Positions 12,165 to 22,644 of a stretch of 64,000 nt of DNA are shown here, in pieces. The stretch's first letter is position 1; each line of letters starts with the position of its first letter. The DNA is from a virus. A program made the position numbers and the translations under genes. The stretch spans positions 15,094-79,093 of the IMG/VR virus record IMGVR_UViG_3300042197_004553; one strand, written 5' to 3'. A model generated the notes under the pieces. It had not been told where the DNA came from. It was given only the letters and a program-made list of their open reading frames with translations, and did no database searches.

Positions 12165-13711
12165 TGGATTGTAAACTCGATAAAGTTGGTCGGCGACGCG
12201 TTGGTGGCGATTCCGGCACGGCCGTCAGCGAGATCAAATACGCTGATGGCAGTTTGGACGCACACCACGGCCGTGTCCGTGTCGCCGGCGTAGAGCGTAG
12301 CAACAAGTGTCGTCGTGCCGTCGGTGTTCGGCTCCGCGCGGGCGGTGAGGCGGTGGTAGCGGGCTGCGGGCGCCGCGACGGCAATCTGGTTTTCTTTGAC
12401 GAGCAGGTCGCCTGTGTGGCGGTAGACCATCACCGCGGCGGCGTCGGCGTCGTAGAGCACCAGCACGTATTTCGTTTTTTGTTTTCCGTCTTCGCGCGCG
12501 GTGACGTGATTTAATACGATGCCAGCGTTTTGGCGGAAACCGCCCGCTTCAAAACCAAACGCGGCGCCCACCGTATGCCCGATCGTCCAATCGCTCGGGC
12601 AGGGCTCGAACAGCGCAAGATTCATTCCTGTCCGGCTTTGCGCGCAATACGCTGGCTGGTCCGCATACTGGCCGGCGCTGAAGACGCCGGACCGTATTTC
12701 AAACCGGCGCGACGCATCAGGCGGGAACGTGACGCGGACAGGCAGTGTCGGATATGCCCGCATCGGTTGTGGCGCCGGAGTCGGCGGCGTTATCGGCCAG
12801 CAGAATTCGCTTTCGCCGTCAGTGTTTGGGCAGCAGATGTCCTGCCGTCGCTTTTCTCCGGGAGGCGTCTGGGCGCAGGCGTCCGCGAGTCCGCGGGGCG
12901 TTGTAATGTCCACGCCGCCGCAGTCGACAAATGGTCGGACCGTCAGGCCGCCCGGAACGACGATGTTGATGTTGCCCGTCAAACAGTCGGGGGCGACGCC
13001 GTTAATCGTCTCGATCGGTGTCTTATTGCAGGTGCCGCTTTCCGGGCGCTGGCCGCACGGCCCGAGAAAATACGAATAGGCATTAAAATCGGCCGTCGGC
13101 GCCGCGCAGGCCAGCACGATGGCTTTCACTGGCGCGGTGTTTGTCGTGTCGGTTTCTGGATCGTATTTGGGCAACGCATAACTTTCATAATACGTCGCGG
13201 TCAACGGCGTATCGGCGACGATGTTGATAACGCCGGTCAGCGCGTCGGCGAGTCCCAGTTTGCCGATTGTTGGAATCGGCAGCGGGTCGTACGCGCGGGC
13301 ATTTCGCTGTCCGATAAATGATTGCCGCGGTGTGCTGTATTTGCCGGAAAAGGTGGTATCAACGCCCGGGCCGAAAACCACCCACCCACTGACACCCGGC
13401 TGCAAGGCGCGGACAGCGTAGTTTACACCTGGATCAACGGGCTTAAGCAGTGTCACGGCGGCAATGGTCGTCGGACCTGTCGCGTCTAGTGTGCTTGCAA
13501 CGCCGAACACCAGCGTAACCAGCGTCTCGGAGACCGTGACGCCTTGCACGTAGGCATAGACGCCCAGCGTTTGCGGAAAACGCAGATGGCAGTCGACAAG
13601 AATGTCGTCGCGGAGCGTGCTGCCGGTATTGTCTTCACCGGTTGCACGTTCGTCGATTGGGTAGCGCCGCGTGGCCTGCAGATTGTACCAATTTTGATTA
13701 CGAACAGGCAT
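12161..13711 (-). CDS. baseplate/fibre-associated protein (YPF-TING paralog 3) with extra C-terminal beta-rich domain
   Basis: Start at MPVRNQNWYNLQATRRYPI; IETINGVAPDCLTGN. Confidence 0.55.
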   Translation of the reverse strand: MPVRNQNWYNLQATRRYPIDERATGEDNTGSTLRDDILVDCHLRFPQTLGVYAYVQGVTVSETLVTLVFGVASTLDATGPTTIAAVTLLKPVDPGVNYAVRALQPGVSGWVVFGPGVDTTFSGKYSTPRQSFIGQRNARAYDPLPIPTIGKLGLADALTGVINIVADTPLTATYYESYALPKYDPETDTTNTAPVKAIVLACAAPTADFNAYSYFLGPCGQRPESGTCNKTPIETINGVAPDCLTGNINIVVPGGLTVRPFVDCGGVDITTPRGLADACAQTPPGEKRRQDICCPNTDGESEFCWPITPPTPAPQPMRAYPTLPVRVTFPPDASRRFEIRSGVFSAGQYADQPAYCAQSRTGMNLALFEPCPSDWTIGHTVGAAFGFEAGGFRQNAGIVLNHVTAREDGKQKTKYVLVLYDADAAAVMVYRHTGDLLVKENQIAVAAPAARYHRLTARAEPNTDGTTTLVATLYAGDTDTAVVCVQTAISVFDLADGRAGIATNASPTNFIEFTIQ

Positions 13712-13718
13712 GCGGCAC

Positions 13719-15338
13719 TCAGCAGTCGAGGATTTGGGTGGCGCTGGCGGAGGCGGGGGCGGCGGTGGCGTCACAGCCGGCTAAAATCGGTCCGCCTGTT
13801 TTTGTGCCGCGCAGTGTTCCTGTGATTGTAAAAGGTTGCTGCGGGCAAAAACACAGGCGAATGCGGGCATATGCCGACTGACCAGCCTGTACACGCCCGA
13901 GCGCGACCGAAAAAATCGGCCAGCCCCCGGTAATATTTAATTCTTCGCTCTGGTTGTCGCTGACGATCTGAGAATAATCCAAAAACACGCGACCGCTGCC
14001 GCCGCTGGGTGTGGTGGTAAATTCTGTCGTCAAAATGACGTTTTCAGCGCAGGTTTCGCAGTGATTGCAGTACATGAGCACAACGTCGACGCAGGGGCAT
14101 GGCTGCTGTGCGATAAACAGCCGCAATGGGCGCTGGTACCGACATTCCCGTTGAGCGTTCCAGCGCGCGATATTCTGCTCGTGCACGGCTTTGACAGCGG
14201 CAACCCGGTCGCCGATCGCGCGATACCGCTCTGCGACGACGTTTAGATATTTCGCTATGTCGACATAATCAACGCAGGCGCAGCACGGGCCGCAATCAGC
14301 GCCGAAAGCGATTTGATTGGCGGTCTGCGTCGGTTGTCCGTTGACATACAGCGCCGGCCGGCGGGTATACAGGCAGCCGTCGGCGTTCATAAAAATATTG
14401 CCGTTTTTGTCCGGACGTACGCCGTTGATGCTTTTAATCTCTTCGCCCGCTGCGTCGTCACAGATCGCGACTAGAATGTCGTCTCCGGGCGGGCAGACAT
14501 TGGTTGGACGATTCTCGGCGCAGTCTGGCGTGGGCGCCGCACATAGACCGAACTGCCCGCGACCGGAACCGGCGGCGGCTGACAACGCAATTTCGGTAAC
14601 GCGGCGACCGGCTTCCGCCGGCGTCAGCCCGAATCCGGGATTGATATCAAACCGGGTGGCGAGGTCGTTGACCGCGCCGATTTGCAGTTCGGTGTTAAAG
14701 CCGTTGACAAATGTAACTTTATTTTGAAACCACGGTGTCACACAGTTGCCGTTTTGAACGCGCATCGCCAGCACGCGCTTTGGAATTTTTTCAATCGCGC
14801 GCTCGTCGAGGATGGCGGCGCGCGGACAAAACGAGACCGGCCGCATCGGAACAGGATCGTTGTTGGTGTGCACGTCTTTGTATGTCACCGCGCGACACAC
14901 CGCCGCATTGGGTTTGGTCGTTTTCGCCCATTCGTACACGGTGTAATGCTCGCCCCACTCTGTAGCGACAAAGTCGTCTGCAGCCGTGCTGTCAAAAACA
15001 ACCCGATTGGCGGCGTCAATGACAACTAAATCGGCCGCATGGGTGGGCGCCGGAATGGCGACACCGGGCAGCGGCGCGGCGCCGTACGCAAACGCCGGTC
15101 CGGTCCCGAAACCATACAGCCAATACACGCGCAACGGATGCGCGACCCGCGGCACGTTTTGGTAATAACCCGGATCGTCATACGACAAGTAAAAATCAGC
15201 AAAGAGGTTTTCAACGTCGCCGACTGCTTCGGTAGGGGCGCTCCCGCCCGGGGCTACAAACGGATAATCCAGACCGCTCTGCGGCTGCACGACGCCGATT
15301 CCGCGCCCGGCGTGTGGGTCTGTGGATTGCCCCGGCAT
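13719..15338 (-). CDS. Cys-rich baseplate/fibre-associated protein (YPF-TING paralog 2)
   Basis: QSGLDYPF; IKSINGVRPDKNGN; CGPCCAC followed by a predicted coiled coil. Confidence 0.55.
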   Translation of the reverse strand: MPGQSTDPHAGRGIGVVQPQSGLDYPFVAPGGSAPTEAVGDVENLFADFYLSYDDPGYYQNVPRVAHPLRVYWLYGFGTGPAFAYGAAPLPGVAIPAPTHAADLVVIDAANRVVFDSTAADDFVATEWGEHYTVYEWAKTTKPNAAVCRAVTYKDVHTNNDPVPMRPVSFCPRAAILDERAIEKIPKRVLAMRVQNGNCVTPWFQNKVTFVNGFNTELQIGAVNDLATRFDINPGFGLTPAEAGRRVTEIALSAAAGSGRGQFGLCAAPTPDCAENRPTNVCPPGDDILVAICDDAAGEEIKSINGVRPDKNGNIFMNADGCLYTRRPALYVNGQPTQTANQIAFGADCGPCCACVDYVDIAKYLNVVAERYRAIGDRVAAVKAVHEQNIARWNAQRECRYQRPLRLFIAQQPCPCVDVVLMYCNHCETCAENVILTTEFTTTPSGGSGRVFLDYSQIVSDNQSEELNITGGWPIFSVALGRVQAGQSAYARIRLCFCPQQPFTITGTLRGTKTGGPILAGCDATAAPASASATQILDC

Positions 15339-15346
15339 GGCGCACC

Positions 15347-16288
15347 TCAACTCTCGCAGCCAAGGTCGTTCAGTCGGCTGCCCAACACCACCAGGGACAT
15401 TTGCGTGACTTCAGCGTTCAGGCGGCTGACAAAATTTTGCAACGTGGTCACGCCGTCACCGAAACGGTCGATTTGCGTGGCGAGTTCGTCGAGTTCGGCG
15501 CAGCCGCAGCAGGGCTGTGCGCAGGTATCGCTAAACGACAGGCTATTTACGCCGGGCGTTACTTCGAGGCACTCGTTGGCCACGAGCGTAAACGTGCCGT
15601 TGTCGCTGCACACGCCGTTGATGCACCGGATACACTCGCCGTCCGCCGGCGTCGGGCACACGCAGTCCGCGTTCAGATTTGCGCCAGAAATGGCGTCAAA
15701 AATAATTTTGGTGTCGTCCGCCGTATACGCTACGCTCAGCCGCACATTCGTGCCGGCGACGAGTGTGACGTCGCCATAGATGTATGGGCTCGATTGCAGG
15801 TTGTTGGTTACACGCAAGCGCGAGACGCCACGAATTGCCGGCCGAATAACGTCGGGCTCCAGCGCCGTTGCCGCGTACTCAAACGTGTAAAACCCGGGCG
15901 CCACCGCGTCGATTTCGGCCAAACTGCCGAGCACAAGATGGCCGATAGTGTCGTCATAGTCGCCGATGCCGCCCAAGGCGTAAGACTGATTGGCGGTAAA
16001 AGCCGCCCGAGCGATATTTGCGCCGGCTACGTCGGTTACACTGTCGTCGCTGTTGAGATACCCGACGACCACGCTAAAACCGGTCGGGCTAATCAGGATA
16101 TTTCGGATGAAAAACCGGTCTGCCGTCACGTTGGCGGCGGCACTGATTGGCAGATACATCGAAACAATAAAACTGTCGGGCAGCCTGCAGGTGCCGCTTT
16201 CGTCAAGTTTTGTGGCCCAGTTCGTCAGCGGGTACGAACGCTGGGAGTTGTGGTTGAGCCACTGCAGGTTCCAGTGTCCGATTGGCAT
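15347..16288 (-). CDS. Cys-rich baseplate/fibre-associated protein (YPF-TING paralog 1)
   Basis: NHNSQRSYPL; IRCINGVCSDNG; CAQPCCGC followed by a predicted coiled coil. Confidence 0.55.
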   Translation of the reverse strand: MPIGHWNLQWLNHNSQRSYPLTNWATKLDESGTCRLPDSFIVSMYLPISAAANVTADRFFIRNILISPTGFSVVVGYLNSDDSVTDVAGANIARAAFTANQSYALGGIGDYDDTIGHLVLGSLAEIDAVAPGFYTFEYAATALEPDVIRPAIRGVSRLRVTNNLQSSPYIYGDVTLVAGTNVRLSVAYTADDTKIIFDAISGANLNADCVCPTPADGECIRCINGVCSDNGTFTLVANECLEVTPGVNSLSFSDTCAQPCCGCAELDELATQIDRFGDGVTTLQNFVSRLNAEVTQMSLVVLGSRLNDLGCES

Positions 16289-16302
16289 GGCGGCTCACCT
16301 GT

Positions 16303-18459
16303 TTATTCCGTAGCGCTTTGTACGATACCCGCAATCCGCAACACACCCACGTCGTTATCGTATGCGTCGCCCGGCGTGAGTTGCCGCTCGATGGTGACAA
16401 GCACTGTATCGCCGGCTTGTACGGCAAACTCTGCGCTGTCACACTCGGCAACCGTGTCGATTGGCAACTGTTTGGCGGATGACGAAAAATCTAAACTGGT
16501 ATCAACGGTCGGGAGTTGCAGGGCTCCCGAGAAAGGCCGCGGCAGGCGGCGATACGACATGTACAACTCGGGCAGTTGCGAGTTGGTCAGTGGCGTACCG
16601 AAGCGACCGAACAAACGCACGCGGATTTTCATTTTGAGATTCTGATCGACGTTGGCCTCCGGCACGTTTAGCCGGACGCGCAACAACGAATTCTGCCCGG
16701 CCGGAAATCCCAGGTACGGGATGTCCATATACAGCCGTTCGACCGTGTCGCTCAGCCGGATGATTTGCGGCGCGAGTTCCCGCTCCACCAGATCGTCGGT
16801 GTAGTCCACCCGGAGTAACCCCTGATGAATGGGCACGGGGTTTTCTGTGGTGATGCCGAGGGCGGTTTTTTCGGCCGACGTCAGCAGCCGACCGGACACC
16901 AGTTTGTAGGTGCCCGTGCCTGCGGCTGTCGTCGCGACTGGCGTCCCCGCCAGTGTTGTGGCGATTTTAAACGTATTCGCCGTCAGGTCTTTGGCGGCGA
17001 TAAAATACTCCGCATTGGCTGTGAGCCCGGCGGGGAGAACGCTCGCGGCGTCCGGGACGAGGCGGACCTTGGCACCTGGGCCGAACCCGTGCCCTGTGGC
17101 GGTAAACACAGTTTCTACGCCGTGGGCGATTGTGACTGCTCGCGGCGTGTTTCGACTGCCGCGGATGGCTAGATACGTCGGCGTCGTGGTGACCACTCCT
17201 TCGGCCGCCCAACCGACGACCAATTGGTGGCGATTGGCGACGCTTTTCACCACCTGCCCGCCAATGCCTTCTTGTTTTGCTGTCTGTAAATCGAGATTAA
17301 GTTTCAAATCGCCGGTGGTCGCCGGCAAATCGTCGCAGTTTGTGACGGCAACGGGAGCCGTGATTGTTTCGCCATTGACGATGTCTTCGTCCGGCGCCAG
17401 ACTCGTTACGACACTGCGGTTGTTTCCCAACAGCATCCGCAGGAACACGACAGACAGCCGCATGGCTTCTCCGCGCGGGCACTCCGATCCGGGACTAGTC
17501 GGGTCGACCCACGTTGGCGAGTAAGTCGCCGGCCACGGGACGTCGTTGGCGCAGTCGCTCATCCACCAAATGCCGTTGACGTCGCAGACCACCAATCCCG
17601 AGCGCCCGAGTGGCACCTCTGTGGCGCCGAGGAGGTTTGCGCCTTTGTCCCACAGCACGGATACGGACTGAATCGGGATCGGCGGCCAGACATTGGCCAG
17701 TGCCGCGTGTTTTTGAATGTTGTATCCGAACACCGCGCCAGCCGGTGCTTTCCCGTTAAACACGGCGTGGCTGGCCGGCAGCCAACCCTGCAGTTCCGCG
17801 TTGGGATTGGTGACGATGCGGCGCGGTTGCGGGTCGGTGGTGAGCGTGTTCGTGCCGGCGGGCTGCGCGACGAGGTCGAAACGATAATGTGTGTGCTCTT
17901 CGACATAGTCGCGGGCTTGCGGCATGACGAGGACGCGCAACTGGTCAGAACAGTTGTCGCGAGAGCCCTGCACGTGACAGACCACGACGGTAACCGGTGG
18001 CTTTTGCTTGGAGAGTTTTCCAGGCTCCACGGCTGACAAGTAATATTTACCCGGCGTCACCGTTTCCCCGATTGATTGTGTTAACTCCGGAAAAGTGACC
18101 AGACCCCGCAGCACAATGTCGGCACGGTCGGCGGCCTTTTTCTTGTAGCACATGCCGACGCAGTCCGAGGACGGCTGGACGCTAAAAATCTGCGTGGTGT
18201 CGTCTAGCGTGACGGCGACCATCGCTGGTTCGTAGCGGCTGGCGGCCCAGTTCCAGTACACCGGCTGCCCCGGTTGCACGTCCGGAGACACGGTGGCGTC
18301 AACTTCGAAAAGCGCGCGGCCCAGTTCGGCCGCGTCCAGCCGATCTTTTAAGTACTCGGTACGCTCTTCAAGCGTGCGGTCGGGGCGGCCGACGACGCCA
18401 GCCTGCACAGGTTCGCCTGTGGCGACGTGTTTGATGTTGTACGGCCAGTTTCCGGACAT
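16303..18459 (-). CDS. tail fibre/baseplate structural protein
   Basis: 718 aa; N-terminal GEPVxAGVVGRPxxxLxERTxYLK resembles tail-fibre attachment segments; synteny after the wedge genes. Confidence 0.55.
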   Translation of the reverse strand: MSGNWPYNIKHVATGEPVQAGVVGRPDRTLEERTEYLKDRLDAAELGRALFEVDATVSPDVQPGQPVYWNWAASRYEPAMVAVTLDDTTQIFSVQPSSDCVGMCYKKKAADRADIVLRGLVTFPELTQSIGETVTPGKYYLSAVEPGKLSKQKPPVTVVVCHVQGSRDNCSDQLRVLVMPQARDYVEEHTHYRFDLVAQPAGTNTLTTDPQPRRIVTNPNAELQGWLPASHAVFNGKAPAGAVFGYNIQKHAALANVWPPIPIQSVSVLWDKGANLLGATEVPLGRSGLVVCDVNGIWWMSDCANDVPWPATYSPTWVDPTSPGSECPRGEAMRLSVVFLRMLLGNNRSVVTSLAPDEDIVNGETITAPVAVTNCDDLPATTGDLKLNLDLQTAKQEGIGGQVVKSVANRHQLVVGWAAEGVVTTTPTYLAIRGSRNTPRAVTIAHGVETVFTATGHGFGPGAKVRLVPDAASVLPAGLTANAEYFIAAKDLTANTFKIATTLAGTPVATTAAGTGTYKLVSGRLLTSAEKTALGITTENPVPIHQGLLRVDYTDDLVERELAPQIIRLSDTVERLYMDIPYLGFPAGQNSLLRVRLNVPEANVDQNLKMKIRVRLFGRFGTPLTNSQLPELYMSYRRLPRPFSGALQLPTVDTSLDFSSSAKQLPIDTVAECDSAEFAVQAGDTVLVTIERQLTPGDAYDNDVGVLRIAGIVQSATE

Positions 18460-18481
18460 CCTTGTCCTCCGGCGTTAATGA

Positions 18482-19117
18482 CTACTCGAACGCAATCGAC
18501 CACGTCAGCCCAATTTGCGATGACGCTTCTTTAGTAACCTGATTCGCGGGCTGAAACATCGTCCGCGCAAAAATGACGTCTTTTGTGCGGTCGCTAAAAG
18601 TTGGAGCAGCAACGAGCGCGGCGGCAAACACCTTGCTTGACCCGCCGGCGCCATTGTGGCTGAACGGCTTGCCGTGAACTCCTGTCGTGCCCGCTGTTTG
18701 TGCGAAAAACGTCAGTTTGTTGAGTTGCTGCTCCGTGGGCAAATTGGCTTCGAATCCGGTCGATACGCCGCCGGTCGGTTCCAGAATCAACGGAATGCGT
18801 AAAAAGTCGCGGGCGCCGGATGTGGCTAAATTGTTGTAATAACTGATTCCAATATCGCGCCCAAACGACCCGACCGCGATCGGCACTTCTGGGTCGGTCT
18901 GATTTTCAAACTCGATGTACAACGCGGAAATGGCGTAATTCGGCCGGTCAGGACTGGGGCGGTAGCCGATCTGGCGGGCGGCGATATATCCCCATGAATA
19001 CTGAATCTGATTGGGCTGAGACCCAAGCAGCGTCTGGGCGCCGGACAGTCCGTCAATTCGCCATAGCGTGATCTGGCCGTGGACGCCGCTGCTGCCGTAA
19101 ACATTGTCGTTTGTCAT
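18482..19117 (-). CDS. tail-collar/fibre-base-like protein
   Basis: C-terminal IFARTMF...VTK...IGLTWSIAF resembles phage tail-collar fibre domains. Confidence 0.45.
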   Translation of the reverse strand: MTNDNVYGSSGVHGQITLWRIDGLSGAQTLLGSQPNQIQYSWGYIAARQIGYRPSPDRPNYAISALYIEFENQTDPEVPIAVGSFGRDIGISYYNNLATSGARDFLRIPLILEPTGGVSTGFEANLPTEQQLNKLTFFAQTAGTTGVHGKPFSHNGAGGSSKVFAAALVAAPTFSDRTKDVIFARTMFQPANQVTKEASSQIGLTWSIAFE

Positions 19118-19124
19118 GGGTTCC

Positions 19125-20981
19125 TCATTGACACGTGCCGGACAATTTTGTCAGGACGGCGCCCTCATCGGTGACATAGGCCGGGGTAACAGTATCGCTC
19201 TGCGGCTCTAACCCCGTAAATTGCTGGAATGTTTCGGTAATGACTTGTGCAGACTTTATTTTGTCGTCGGCAAGGTGGAGTTCGAACACCACAATCATGG
19301 CCGTTTGTGGCGGCAAAATCTGGCGCAAGTGCCGTATATTGTACAATCCCAACCGATTTTGTCCCAGCGCGGCCGCGTCTATTTTGACAACAAAAACATT
19401 GTTGCGCAGCACGTTTTCAATCAAAAACCGCATGGGATTAATTGTGGCGGGCAGGTGGTGTGCTGTTGGCTCGCCGCTCGGGTTTTGTCGTCGGTCAAGG
19501 AGATGCGCCAGCGTGCCCAGTTTTTTTACAACAGGCAACCGTGTAATCTCTGTATACGCCCCGCTGCCGTCCGGCCGTACAAGCCATTCGTAATATTTTT
19601 GATCATCCACAGTCACGTACACGCGACCCGCCAATCCCGGAGTTGGCAGGGCGGCAAGCGTTGGATAGGCCAGGGGATCAGCAAAACACGGGACGGCTGC
19701 CACGCTCGCGGCGGCTACGCCCCGATTGTGAAGTTCGTCAAAAAACCGCGCCGCGTCGTTTGGAAATCCGCCAAGAGGAAAACTGACAAACGTATATCCA
19801 GAGCCGTGCGCCGTATCGACGTGGAGCGGTAGTTCTCGGTTTTCAAAAACCAGATCGCCGTAAAAACAAGTGGCAAGAAATCCGGCGTCGAGCGCCAATG
19901 CCGCAAGTGGTTGCGGCGGTGGCGGGCAGCGCTGGGTGTCGTCCAGCACGATGTCGTCTTGATTTTCTGCCGCCACCGTATCGTACGTGTTGGTCACCAA
20001 AAATCTGGTGATGTCGGGGCGGACCACGGCGGCGTCGGCGGCGTATGTGTTGCCGACAAAAAATTCATTGATCTCAAACCCGCGCACTAGTTGCGCCCCG
20101 CCGCCGACCGTGTCGCCAACCCGTACGGCGGGCGTCGCCGTGTCGGCGAACTTGTACACGTTTTTGTCGGTCGCGATTAGGAGGCCGTCATTCCCATATT
20201 CGACGACTTCGACTGTTTCTTGCGGCTCAATGACGAGCGGAATTCCGCAGATTGCAGAAAAGGCAATGTCTAAGTTTTGGGCGGACATACCGCCGTCAAG
20301 GAGACCGCTAAAAATGGTATTGACGAGTGTCTTGTAGTTTTCGCTTGTCCGCAACCGGAGCCCGACCGCATACGCGAATTGGTCAAAAACATATTCGTAG
20401 TCAAATTCTCCGTAAAACCCCCACAGCAAAAGTTCTTCGTCCGCCGCGCTGGCCGTTCCGCCCGCCCGCTTCAAAAAGCCAGGATTGTCGAACGGGTTTT
20501 GTGTAAACACCAGGGCGTTGCGCCGGACGTCGATCAAGAAATCAACCGCGCCCGCGAGCGCGACCGTGGGAAATGTGATTTTGTTAAAAATATGACTGAG
20601 TCCGCGTAATTTTGCCGGCAATGGAAATGAATACAGTTGCGACTGCGCTACGCCGTCAAAAACCAGTTGCCCATCAAACTGCCCGGTGTTTTCATTAAAC
20701 AGCACCACGTTCGTGAGCGCCGTGTTTAATTCGCTGCGCCGCAATACAATCGGCACCAGGAGTTCTTTGTGGAACAGCGGTACGTCGTAGCGACTTAGCG
20801 CCGCCACTGTCTCCAGCAACGTGCGGTGCGTTTGGGCTAACGTGTAGGCCGTCGCGCCGGCATACGACGTCAGTTGGTCAGCCGCGGTGTACGTGCGCGA
20901 CCAGAACGTGCCCAGCAACGACAGCAAAATCCTGCTGCGGTCAAGGTCTGATCCGGGATAGACGTATTCAGTTTTTGCCAT
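19125..20981 (-). CDS. putative baseplate wedge protein
   Basis: 618 aa directly after the baseplate J-like gene. Confidence 0.5.
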   Translation of the reverse strand: MAKTEYVYPGSDLDRSRILLSLLGTFWSRTYTAADQLTSYAGATAYTLAQTHRTLLETVAALSRYDVPLFHKELLVPIVLRRSELNTALTNVVLFNENTGQFDGQLVFDGVAQSQLYSFPLPAKLRGLSHIFNKITFPTVALAGAVDFLIDVRRNALVFTQNPFDNPGFLKRAGGTASAADEELLLWGFYGEFDYEYVFDQFAYAVGLRLRTSENYKTLVNTIFSGLLDGGMSAQNLDIAFSAICGIPLVIEPQETVEVVEYGNDGLLIATDKNVYKFADTATPAVRVGDTVGGGAQLVRGFEINEFFVGNTYAADAAVVRPDITRFLVTNTYDTVAAENQDDIVLDDTQRCPPPPQPLAALALDAGFLATCFYGDLVFENRELPLHVDTAHGSGYTFVSFPLGGFPNDAARFFDELHNRGVAAASVAAVPCFADPLAYPTLAALPTPGLAGRVYVTVDDQKYYEWLVRPDGSGAYTEITRLPVVKKLGTLAHLLDRRQNPSGEPTAHHLPATINPMRFLIENVLRNNVFVVKIDAAALGQNRLGLYNIRHLRQILPPQTAMIVVFELHLADDKIKSAQVITETFQQFTGLEPQSDTVTPAYVTDEGAVLTKLSGTCQ

Positions 20982-20983
20982 AA

Positions 20984-22642
20984 TCAGCCGGTGAAACCTG
21001 CGGAGGTGTATGAAACCGAAACGTCGTCAGGGCTCACAATAAAGACCGTGGTGCGGCCGGTTGTCAGCCGGCTCGGGTCGTCAGGAATGGTGAGCGTCGT
21101 GGCGTCGCGGAGATAGTGCACCGTGCCGTCAGGCCGGCGAATTCTGCCGAACATGTCAATCTGGCCAAGCGCCTGCCGTCCCGTTAAAAATTTGTGTGCG
21201 GCACTGGCAATGACTGATGCATGCAATTGCCCAGAGAACCCGATTGCGCTCACGGCGTTCGCTACTGCTTTTTGAATAGCGGCAATTGTTTCGGCGGTCA
21301 GGGTCTCGTTGTTCTCGGTCCGCACCTCCAATGAAACTTTTGTAAAACACGGCACGGCCGCTTTAACGAGAAGGTCTGTTGCGCGGGGTCGATTGTTGCG
21401 CGACGTCAGCGTGTCGTGAATGTCGGCGATCAATGGCATCCCCCGTGTTGTGACGGTGTACCTCGCCTTGCTCTGTTGCGGCACCAAATTCGTCGACAAC
21501 TTGTCACTGTCTTCAAACCGCACCACCGCGGTTTGGTAGCGCGTGTATGCGCCCTCGATCGTGTAAAGAATGTCTGGTACGTACGAAATCTGTGACAGAT
21601 CGACGCCGCGCTCATCGCTGAGCACGGCATACCCGTTCGTTGTCCGATCTGCTGGGCCGGCAATCCGTGTGATGTCATAGAAACCCGGCGCAACGTCGCG
21701 GTCCAGTACGACCTGCCAGATGGTTCCGCCGGTGCCGACGCCGATGTAGGTCGCCTCTAACGTGTGATCCAGTTCCTGCGCGGCGGCGGTCGTTTGCAGG
21801 TACAAATCGACTTTCCCGCCCCCTGAAACCGGAAAGAGGCTGTGTTGGTCGCGCTGTTGTTCTGCGTCGCCGCAACCCAGCACAGAACAGTGCAGCACGT
21901 TGACGAATGCGGGTTGATTACGGATAAAGGCTTCATAACTTTTGCGGCCGCCGATCGTCTTCGCCGCCAGCCCGGTTGCCAGTGTTTGGAGGTACTCCTC
22001 GTTGGTACGCGGGTTCCGGCCGCCCGTAAAGTCTCCTGTGGCAAAAATATCGGACACGTTGCTGGGCACGATGTTGGCGCGCAATTTTGTGCCCCGGCGG
22101 ATATTGCCAACAATACCGGCCGTTGTCGCCACGAATGGCACACTGACTGTGTACGTCCCGTCGCCGACCGGAATCATGACTTTTTCGCTTGTCGCGTCTT
22201 GTACTTTGGCTTCCTGCCCTGGCGGAAACACGGTAAACGTCTGAGCCGGACGAAATTCCGCGTCACCGGCCGAATAAACATGTGCCGACGAAATTGTGGT
22301 GACGACGTCCAGCAGAAACACAAACGTGACCGAACCGGTAGCCGGCGTGCCAGCCCCGCGGCTGATATTGAAATTGGACAGAACCTGATCGACTAACTCG
22401 GATTCGGCTAGCGCCGGGTTTTGCGTGATCTTCAGCAGACTGTTGCTCTGCCGCACCCGCTCGATGTTTTCTCGGACCGCCGTATTTAAAACGCTGTTAA
22501 AATACAGCACCAGATCGTGAAACACGCCGCGGGTGAGTTCTACGTCCGGATGCGCTTCTTGCATCAGTTGCGCCATAGTCGTCAGCGTCGTGGCGATGCT
22601 TTCCGGGTCTAACTCGCGCAAATTGTCGATTTCAAGCGGCAT
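20984..22642 (-). CDS. baseplate J / gp6-like wedge protein
   Basis: LSNFNISRGAGTPATGSVTF, ATTAGIVGNI, FTGGRNPRTNEEY and GGKVDLY are typical baseplate-J segments. Confidence 0.75.
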   Translation of the reverse strand: MPLEIDNLRELDPESIATTLTTMAQLMQEAHPDVELTRGVFHDLVLYFNSVLNTAVRENIERVRQSNSLLKITQNPALAESELVDQVLSNFNISRGAGTPATGSVTFVFLLDVVTTISSAHVYSAGDAEFRPAQTFTVFPPGQEAKVQDATSEKVMIPVGDGTYTVSVPFVATTAGIVGNIRRGTKLRANIVPSNVSDIFATGDFTGGRNPRTNEEYLQTLATGLAAKTIGGRKSYEAFIRNQPAFVNVLHCSVLGCGDAEQQRDQHSLFPVSGGGKVDLYLQTTAAAQELDHTLEATYIGVGTGGTIWQVVLDRDVAPGFYDITRIAGPADRTTNGYAVLSDERGVDLSQISYVPDILYTIEGAYTRYQTAVVRFEDSDKLSTNLVPQQSKARYTVTTRGMPLIADIHDTLTSRNNRPRATDLLVKAAVPCFTKVSLEVRTENNETLTAETIAAIQKAVANAVSAIGFSGQLHASVIASAAHKFLTGRQALGQIDMFGRIRRPDGTVHYLRDATTLTIPDDPSRLTTGRTTVFIVSPDDVSVSYTSAGFTG

Positions 22643-22644
22643 GG

